NCBI RefSeq assembly: GCF_009914755.1
Contig: NC_060926.1
DNA: 64,000 nt
DNA from: the human T2T-CHM13v2.0 reference genome, Homo sapiens
Reading direction: 5' to 3' (one strand)
Made by a program: the position numbers and the translations under genes. The notes under the pieces are model-generated. The model had not been told where the DNA came from, did not search any database, and saw only the letters and a list, made by a program, of their open reading frames with translations. This document shows positions 53,946-64,000 of the stretch, in pieces; the first letter of the stretch is position 1, and each line of letters begins with the position of its first letter.

Positions 53946-55341
53946 AATAAAGAAATAACTAGATTTTGTTAGCAAGATCTTAGAAAGAGAAAGGAAGGTC
54001 GGGATAAGGGGCATATCTACTCCACTTCTGCACTTTCCGGGGTGCTCCAGATTTCAAAATTCCCTCATGCCTGCCATCCTGTTGACTCTGCCCCTGCCTC
54101 TGTGTGCTGCAGTCCCTCCTTACATGGTACCTTTGACACACTGGCAGGTGAGCTGAGCAGTTTGGGCACCTGGTTCCTCTAGGATCCCAGAATATAGCTT
54201 TGTACTTTGATGAAGAATACTTCTGACTGTATTTCAATTGATCTGAAATATCAGTCTCACACACTGTTTGCAGCTGGGATTGCACTTTGCATACTCTGCT
54301 CAGGGCACTGGCAAGTCCTGAAACAAAATTTATAGTAGGGACCAGCCCAGAGACATCCTTTCTTCAAAGTGTGTTAGTCCTGAATGAAATAGGCACCAGG
54401 ATAACATCTAGAGTGCTTAATCTCGGATGTGTAGAGAATTTTCCTGGACTGTAGCATGTTAAATGTCCACAGTTAAAACCTGAAACAGAAGTATATTCAA
54501 TCATTCGGTTAATCTAATATTACAGATGGCTGAGGTGGGATAGGATCAGAGATAATGACATGTGACAAAGTGTTTCTTGGTGATCTTCCAGCCTATTTGA
54601 ACATCTGCAATAGTTTGAGGCCTTAAAAATAAATAAACTTAGTTTTCTTTCCATCTCTTTCCTCAAAAAAAAAATACACACAAACAGTTCTCAGAGATAA
54701 AAAGAAAATGTCTCATCAGTTCAACAGGTGGTCTAAGGTTTGCTTGTTTTTAGATAATGATCTGATGCAGGCTCCACTCTAATTGACAGCATGGCCTGCT
54801 TATGAGAAGGTCTGCACTTGTTTTTCCCAGAGTATTTGATGCTGCTGTTTACCTCTAAGGAAGCATGTTAATAACAAGGGCACTCTAGGGTGTTGCCAAT
54901 CATGCACCACATACTGGAAATCAATGTTGTGTCTAGTGCTGTGCTAGGAATTATAGACATTAAAAATGGCATATGACAGGAATCCTGATGTTAATACAAT
55001 GTCCATCTCTTCGTGATGCCAAGCCTAATTTCAGCACTAAATTATACGCTTTGTAGCAGAGAAGCAGGAAGTATTAAGAAGAGCATTGATGGTGGTGGTG
55101 GTGGGGGCTTACATAGATTTGAAGTTGATTCCAACCCAGATAACCTGCACACATTCTCCTAGCCCCAGTTTGTTCACTTGCAAAATGGCTATAGTGGTGT
55201 CCATCTCACAGAGCTTTGGTGAATGTCAAGTGAGACATACAGTTTACCTGCTTGACACAGCGTAGTCACTCAAAACTGCTAGGGTGATTTTGCTTGATTT
55301 CCTTCTGCTACAGCATTCCTTTTGCCACATGAAGTAGAACA

Positions 55342-55655
55342 AGGTGTCTCAAACTATCTGTGATAAAGGACCAACCCCTCCCAAATCTCTCTTTCTGGCT
55401 CCATCCAGCACAGACTAATATTTTTGTAAAACACAAAAAGATGAACTACTAGAAAAGTAGAATAAAGAAAATAACAAAGTCAAAGAAAATACAAGCCAAC
55501 TTTTTACTACTAGATTCCACATAGATGAAATGATGCATCTGGATTGTGACAGGTTTCCAAGTGCTTATCCTCACATTCTGTACCTATTTTATCCTGGAGT
55601 GGTGACAAAGGTCCCTGGGCCCACACTGGTCTGCAGATAACATCTGGAGTAGCAT
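55342..55655 (-). mobile_element. Charlie4a-like hAT element
   Basis: CTCAAACTATCTGTG..AAAGGACCA…AAAATACAAGCC…GAGTAGCA ends. Confidence 0.6.
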
Positions 55656-58600
55656 GAACTGGAAGACAGTGATATGATCCTTAAATTTCATCAGATTAAG
55701 ATTAGAAATCACCTAGTTACTTTATTGAAAGTCTTTACTTCAAGCTAGTATTGACTGAAAGACCAACCTTCATCTGCAAATGATAGTAAAAACTCTGACC
55801 CAGGGGAGTAGTCATACAAACAGACATCAAGGACAGGAGCGAGGAAATGCTCAGATGTGAGTTAACAGGACACAGCACCAGAGTTGAAGGAATGAGAGGC
55901 AGCCTGGATGTTTACGTTATTCCCTCTCAACCAAGGGTCCCAGGATTTAAAGCAGAGAGGAAGGGTAAATTAATGCAAGCATTTGCAGTGCAGAACTTTC
56001 AGTGTTTGATAGATTTCCATTCCAAAGTTCCCATTCAACAATTATTACTAACCCTTTTGCTTTCTTGAGGGGGTGGAGATAATTGGACTTGTGTTCTGAG
56101 CTTTCAGCTCCTACCTCTTACTGCATCTTCCCCCTGAGTTCAGAATGATCTATATAAAATGGATACCTGTGCGCGTCTCTCCTCTCATGCAGCAAATAAG
56201 AACCTAAGTAGCCTGGTTTTGGCTGACCTCTCTGAACTCAGCCCTCCTTTGCAGCTCTGAAATTAGGTCTGCATTTTGTATTCCAATTATTCTGAACTCT
56301 TGGCAGTTCCCTGCCCACATGTCATTTTTCCATATCTTTGTGCCCTCCTTTGCTAATGCCATTTTCTCTGCTTAGCCCAGTATCAACCCCTCCTTGCCTG
56401 GCTGACTTCTATTTATCCTTCAAGACATGGTTCAGAAAGTCGTCCAGAAAGTCTTCCCTGGCCCTCCCTCCCCCGTCCCTGCTCTGTGGGCCCATACCTT
56501 CCTCTGCGTACCTTGATCACTGAACCAGCCACATTATTCGGAAACCATCTGTTTGTCCTCATTTATTATTCATCAGCAAATGCCCAATAAATGTTTGAGA
56601 ACTGTCTATAACTGAGGTAGATGTCCTGGCTGCGTTGAGAGGCACTCAAGAACAAACTGTTAAGGACAAGCAGAAAACTAAATTTATTGTGCAAATTTGG
56701 CTGAGGTGAAGCAGAACCAAAAATCATCAGATTCAGCCACTAGAAAAGTGAGAAATTCATAAACAAGGTAATCTCTGTATTCACCTCTTTCTATTTATTT
56801 GTTCTGCTTCCTTTTTTCTGATAGAAACTAAATACTTGTACATACATTTTAAGTGCAGCCATTTGAGCACCAGCCCAGAGAGCATCAACCACGAGGACAA
56901 AGGTTTCTGTCTTGAGACAGGTAAAGAACATGAGAGACATGAGGCCCCATCTGGGGGCAGAATACCTGGCTTAAATTGGAGTTTTGGCCTTGCTATGGAT
57001 AAACTCAATGAACATTTGACCTTTCTGAGTCTCTGAGTCTCTATTTCTTCAGCTGAGAAAACCATGGCAATAACGTATGTCACAGGATTACTTTGAGAGT
57101 TAAATGGCATGGTTTACATAAACACCTAGTACAGTGTCAGGTACAATACATGGTAGCTATTATGATCAGAGGTAGCTATTTATGTTCTGTTTGAAAGCTT
57201 GCTCAGTGTTACTCTGCTATGCAATTTCTCACATCCTAATGTTGCATTACTAGGAGATTTGGGGCAATATAATCCAGAAGGCCCATGAAAGCATATCTCT
57301 ACTCAATGTAAAACCAGCCCTAGAAATTATAACAAGCATCTGATCTTAGGAAATGTTTCTTAGCCTGCCGCTTTTAAAGATGCTGGAAAATTCTAGTTTC
57401 TCCAAGTTGTGGCAGGCCTTGGAACCCATGCTGAGGAATTGGAATGAAACAAAGTGAAGAGAAAGAAAGATGTCAACATGATTTACTGGAACAAAGTGGC
57501 ATCGTATTGGCACTCAATCAAGAGCATGTAGATTAGACAAGGATCGACTTATCACAGTTACAGATCCTGAAACAATTTGACTTGAAGAACACCAAGAAGC
57601 AAACAGAGGCCAAAAAATCCCTCAATTCAAGCATAAAAGAGACATGTGTTCTTTGCCCTCTTCTGAGAAACTATGTGCACTTGGCTTTTTGTCTGGATGT
57701 TTGGGTTGGTTGTCTTTTTAAACTGTATATTTGGGTGAGGGGAGATATGGGCATTTGGGCAGTGGGAAAATGCTTATGGCTTTTAAAGGAATATGATGGA
57801 AAAAATAGCAGTGTTAAAAATGTATTTTTTAAAAATTAGAGCTGATGCACTCGGATCCCTAGGCTCCTAGGGTCCTATACCCTCACTCTCGACAAGGGTG
57901 GACCTAAGTCATACTTCAAAAGAAGCAGGAGCCTCAGGGACTTGTCTACTGAGAGCAGCTGTCAATGTCACCACTCCACTTCCAGCAGCCTGGTTGAAAG
58001 TTGCCCGAGGCAAGACCTGCAGAAAAAGGAGTCAAAAAGCATGAGGAGAGAGGGAAGTAAAAAAGAAATTAAGTTCTGTGGGATGTTATTGCTGTTCAAA
58101 TCCCAAGTTTACTATAGCAGATCTCAGCCCCGTGGATCTTGGTAACCCATGATTACTCTTTTCATAATTCCAAAAGATATGGAAACTATATAACTCACAG
58201 CACTCAAGCCCCTTCCTGCTGTTCGTTAGTAAAATTGCCTACCCTCACCTGCTCTGGGTGAAAGAAATACTTGCCTTTTCTATTTCCCTTCCTGCAACAG
58301 CCCTAGAACTTTTTTGATTTTCAAAAATTATTCCAGCTAGCAGGGCAAAAAGAGAAGCTCTCTCTACTGTACACAGAGGAGCTCTGGTTGGGAAGTTCAT
58401 ATTGATGTACTTCCATGAATTGTGTCCCTAACAGAGTTTTGAACTGGAGCCAAATGGGTGGGAGTCTGGGCTCTCACCCCTCTGCTTCCTATCTGAGTTT
58501 CCTTAGCCAAAATGGGCATAATACCCATCTTGCAGAGTGTGTTGAAGATTACACATACTGTATGTAAATATATCTGCAACACAGACAAGAAGCCAACCAA

Positions 58601-59808
58601 ATGTTTCCTTTTTCCTGACATCATGAGATACAGCTGGATGTGAACATCTGTAAGCCTAAGAAAGGATGCTTGTGAAGCCAATGGTGACATTTTACTTTTA
58701 AAACTGTTATCAAGAGATAAAGTCCAACTTCTTCATCTGGTGTGGAGTTCTTTCCAGAAACTAAGACTCATTTAACTCTACTTTCCAACATTCCCTGGAA
58801 GGATCCCTGTCCTCCTCCTCATCTCCTCCAACCCCTTCCGCTGCTAAGTTACAGCATGTGGGGAATGCTTTTTTATGTTCTCTGGTTACTCCTTCTTCTT
58901 GGATAGCTTTCTTCCCCTTCTCTGCCAGCCTATATCCTGTTCAACTTTCACAGTTCACCCCAAGCCTCACATCTTTCATGAATACTCCCCAGAATGTTCT
59001 CGTCCAGTGACTCCTTACCAGTGGGATATGATCACAGGGGCTGTCAACAGTGGCTGTCAGTTGCTGAGAGTTACCTGACCATGGAAACTGAGAGAATCCC
59101 AAGTCCTTTGTCCCCATCCTGACCTGGACCTCATAAGTTGCCCAGCCAGGTTTCTATGACCTTGACCACCTACAATCCAATATCCTCTGAGGGATTACTC
59201 CAACTTTCATTTCCTCGTGTTTAAGCCCTTCTTTTTAGCACCAGACTCCATTATTTTCAGACTCCATATTTTTCCTAAGTCATCAAGAAGACAGAAGCCA
59301 TTTGCCTGGCAGGACCTTCGTCATCTTCCCCCCATTTAACAACATACTTATTTCTATCCTCAATTCCCTCTCCCGCACCATCCATGTCCACTGCCATGGC
59401 TCTGATTTTGACTCCCTCTGTGACTGTAAAAGTAAAACACCTATGCCTCTTTCCCTTGCACCTTCATCTCCCTCTCTGCTGGCTCTTTCCCATTTGAATT
59501 AAAGCATACTTCTTTCCCTTCTCAATTTCACATCCCTTCATCTCATGTTACATTTCTTTTGCTTTCAGAGACAAGGTTTTAGAAAAAATCATTTACATGC
59601 AGTGCTGTTATTCTACCTCTCTTATATACTCTTCCACTTATTGGATACAAGTTCGCTGATTATTTCATCCACTCAAGTTTCTAGAAAGGCTTCCAAATTA
59701 GAGAGAAGCTGGTCGGAAATTGACCATCTCCTCTCACTAGCCATGTGAACTTGGGCAATTACAAAAATCTCTTTTCTGTCTCAGCATCTTCTATACAACT
59801 GGAGTGAT

Positions 59809-60143
59809 GGCCAGGCACGGTGGCTCACGCCTGTAATCCCAGCACTTTGGGAGGCCGAGGCGAGCAGATCACGAGGTCAGGAGATCCAGAACATCCTGCC
59901 TAACACGGTGAAACCCCGTCTATACTAAAAATACAAAAAAAAGAAAAAAAGAAAGGAAAAATTAGCCGGCTGTGGTGGTGGGCTCCTGTAATCCCAGCTA
60001 CTCAGGCGGCTGAGGCAGGAGAATGGTGTGAACATGGGAGGCGGAGCTTGCAATGAGCCGAGATCATGCCACTGCACTCCAGCCTGGGTGACAGAGCGAG
60101 ACTCCGTCTCAAAAACAACAAGAACAACAACAACAACAACAAA
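59809..60143 (+). mobile_element. AluY-like SINE with expanded A-rich linker and (AAC)n tail
   Basis: CTAACACGGTGAAACCCC, GAATGGTGTGAAC, GGAGCTTGC; TSD core AACTGGAGTGA. Confidence 0.92.
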
Positions 60144-60739
60144 AACTGGAGTGACTACTCCTGCCATGTGGTCATGATGAGAATGCAAAGTGATAACATA
60201 CATGGAGCAGAATGTGGAGGTCACTGGACACATCGAGTCATTGTGAATCAGTCATCTCAGCAGTATTTTATCCTATGGGCCAGTCCACTTTTCTTGGAAT
60301 TCACTTTTGCTTTTGCCTTCAGTGATTCATCTCTATCGTAGTTTTCTTCCTCTGCTTTTCTGGTTACCCATTCTCAGCATTTTCTCCAAGTTTCTGTTTT
60401 CTATCAAAAGCTATGTTCTCCAAAATTCAGTTGTTGTTTGTTTCCTTTATTTTTTAATGTTTTTTACTTACCTAGGCTGTGAAATTAGCTAGCATTAATT
60501 GATTGATAATTACTCAATGGCCATGTCCAATACTAATCTCATGAGCCCCATTCAACCAACCGACATCACAATTGGGAAGGACCCAGGTATGGAATGCCCG
60601 TTTTGGGCTCAGTTCTTTACCCAATTAAGCCCATTCATTTTCCTGTGCACCCTCACTGTGTAACACCACCATTTTCTGGTAGTTATACCTTTATACCTGA
60701 CTCTTTCTTTCTCCTTGTCCCCTACATCGAATAAATTAA

Positions 60740-61081
<342 letters not shown>

Positions 61082-61227
61082 AACAAGTCCATTCTTAATT
61101 CATAGATATATTACTTCTTACCCAGGTTGTGGAAATAGCCTAGTGAGGAGCCACTGTGCCTCCTTTTTTGAGCTGCAATCCAATCTACAAATTACTTTAC
61201 CAGAATGAATCTTTTAATGGATAAACA

Positions 61228-61505
61228 AGAAGGATGGTAACAGAGGCTGGGAAGGTAATGAGAGGGCAGTGTGTGGAGAGGTAGAAAATGGGGATGATTA
61301 ATGGGTACAAAAAGTAGTTAATTGTTTGTAATACAAAGGAGAAATGCTTGAGGGGGCGGATACCCCATTACCCCATTCACCCTGCTGGGATCATTATGCA
61401 CTATATGCTTGTATCAAAGTATCTCATATAACCCGTAAATATATACACCTACTATGTAACCACAAAAATTAGATTTAAATTATTTTTTAAAAAATTAAAA
61501 AATAA
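61228..61505 (+). mobile_element. L1MA-type 3' UTR fragment with internal deletion
   Basis: CAGAGGCTGGGAAGG…TTAATGGGTACAAAAA…TGTATCAAAGTATCTCAT…TACACCTACTATGTA. Confidence 0.8.
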
Positions 61506-64000
61506 GTTAATAAGCATAGCTAACTCTCCAAGTTGAAATTATTTTAGTAGTTCCTGGTCAGCAGTGTCTTTTGGGATTGTGATCCTGAAACTACATGGAA
61601 GTGAATGACCTACAGGGATTGTTAAATATGCAAATTCCTAGACATCAACACAGATCCCCTAAGTAAGAATTTCCTGGTTGGATCATGCTTAAGCACACTA
61701 AAATTTGGGAACGTGTAACAATAAAATAAAGACAAAATTTTATGGAATGTTATATAAGGTTTTGCATAATCCAGCTTTTGACTGTCTCTCCAGCCCCCTT
61801 GAAAACCATCCTGTCATATGATTCTCATGCCTGTTGCAGGGTCTGGTCCATCATGCCATCATGCCTTTGCCTAGTATCAAAGTCCTTCCACTCCCGATTC
61901 ACCTATCACACTTGTTTATCCTTCTAAGAATAGCCCACATCAATCATCTCTCCCTTAGTAAGAGTTTGCTGAGATTCCTAATTTGCACCCCTCTGATCTT
62001 AGATAAGTCCATTTTCCATGCTTTCAAAAATTCAAGTGTATCAATCCCTCTCCTCCCTGTACTATCCCCAAGTCTAGTATACCATTGTATATATCTCACT
62101 GCATTTAAATGTTTGGTAATTTGCCTGTCGTTGTCATCAGCCTAAAAGCTTCCTAACACTTGAAAAAAATGCATGGCACATATTAGGTGCTCAAATTTTA
62201 TTTGTTAATTGAAGAACTCTCTCTTTAAATCATGATGTCTACCAGTTGTCTTCTACCACTCTTATGAGCCAAATTTTGTCCATCAATGACCTTCTGAAAA
62301 TCCAGTCCTTGCATGGGAGGTTTTTATCCCCATGTTGAGTCCTGCTACATCTGAGCAAGTGCTTTTTCAAGTTGCTTCCTGCTGATCCAATCTGCCAGGG
62401 ATATTTAATTGGCCATGTGCCTATTCCCCTGGTACTCTTTAAAGTAAGCTATTGTATCACCAACTCTGGTGATGGAATTATTTTTTATCTCACAGGGTAT
62501 TTTTTTTAAGTTACAGAAGTAAACTTATTATCAACAATATAATTAACAGCAATGTTATTGGAATTTCTTCCACTAATATTTTATTGTTACTTCTTCATAT
62601 TTTAAGTCCTAGACGTAAAATGTGTTTTCAACAGCACTAACGCATTTTAAAGTTTATTGTATTTATTATTTTCTCTTACTTAGGTAGTAAAAGTTATCCT
62701 TAACAGTATTATTAAAATTTCCAAAAACTAATGGCCTCACTAGATTTGTTTGTATTTTAAAGTCGTAACTATAAAATGAATTCACCATTTATTGAATTGG
62801 CAAAGATATCACATTTCTGTGAACATCGAATAAAGTAAATAAGGTCTCCCTCTAATCACATAAATGTCTACAAAATAGCTGTGTTTTTGCTTTTTCTGCC
62901 CAAAGGAAAACTAAATGCTGAATGGGCTCAGCATTTCAAGTCAAACTGAGCCAGCCAGTTTGTGTCCTCTTCTGTAATCTACTACCTGTGTGGTTGTGAT
63001 GCACAGGATGTCATTCCTGACCCTCAGATTTTCCTGTCAAAATAACCTGTAGCAGCCTTTGTCATACACGGCACATATTAGGCACTCAATAACTGCATTT
63101 TCTTTTTTTTTAAATTGATTTTCTAGCATGGTAGCTAGTATACTTGTTTTTCATAGGGCTGTTAAGAAGGAGTTGGGGACACTCCTGCCATTTCCCTGGC
63201 ATGTTGCTGTCAGCCTTGATTGTCTTCTGTTTGGCATCAGCGTAGAGTTTTTCAATATCTGTGTGGCTCTGGTCTTCTGAACAAGATGGCGAGTTCCTCA
63301 AGGGCAAGAGCCTGTGAATTCCAAGCACAGAGTGTATGCTCAGTATATAAAAATGTCTCATGGATTCTAGTTTTAGAATTGCCAACATGATATTATGAAA
63401 GGAAAGCAATGTTATGCTGGAAAGAATAATTTTTCTTCTCACAAACATGGTTTTCTTAAAATGATGAGGTGAAAAATGAAAATACTTCAAATATTTTCCA
63501 ACTGTAATAGTCGATGATTTGTAAGATGTTTTCTCTAGTTGGCTGGTGACCATAACCTCTAAGGCTTGACACTTATGAGAAGTTTAAGAAATTCTATTTT
63601 AGTGTGTTCAGGGTGGCCCCTTTACCTTTCCAAGACTTGCTACTTTGGAATCGATGACTCCACAGAGCGTAAAGTGGAATTAAAGCTGAGAGATGCCTAT
63701 ACCCACTTGTATCAGAAATCCGTCCACTATGAAGATATCTGTCATGATTAATAAGGCTAGGCAGTTCTCAATAAAGAAAGCATGAGTGAGTTTGTTTTAC
63801 TGCACAGGCTTGCCCTGATCATATTAATTTGAAAAACAGCTGGAGGTGGCAACTTACCAGGTAAAAACAGATTGGGGGACCGATAAAATTATTCAGATGC
63901 TCATGGGCAGCTCCTCTGTAATTCACAGGAAAGCCTACACTTACGTCTGAGAAGCAGCATTACGGAAAAGTCCCAGCAGAATTTGCAAACTCAGGTAGTC

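Noticed and set aside
63110-63553. 147-aa minus-strand ORF, with a YY1-like CAAGATGGCG at 63282-63291
   Set aside because: No recognisable domain or pseudogene hallmarks, and a lone motif is insufficient evidence.

Overview
This is human genomic DNA: it is rich in Alu/MIR/L2/MaLR repeats and contains a human-specific AluYb8. The one recognisable coding sequence is exon 1 of CNTNAP5 (contactin-associated protein family member 5, Caspr5) on the + strand. It runs from ATG at 29116 through an 82-nt CDS encoding the signal peptide [27 protein letters not shown] to a phase-1 donor GTGAGT at 29198, and it lies in a CpG island (~28080-29300). The supplied ORF track misses it because it is short. Positions 1-28 kb are upstream flank; 29.2-64 kb is intron 1, and I did not find exon 2. 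The remaining ORFs look like chance or repeat-derived frames. The most unusual structure is the core promoter: a perfect 14-bp inverted repeat places two identical BREu-like+TATAAG modules back to back around GC boxes, and a non-canonical (8-nt spacer) REST/RE1 site covers only the CNTNAP5-facing start. Nearby are a strong-Kozak 2-codon uORF and a competing out-of-frame splice donor. I see no evidence of a novel multi-gene system. Repeat subfamily names come from recalled consensus sequences, and repeat boundaries are approximate.
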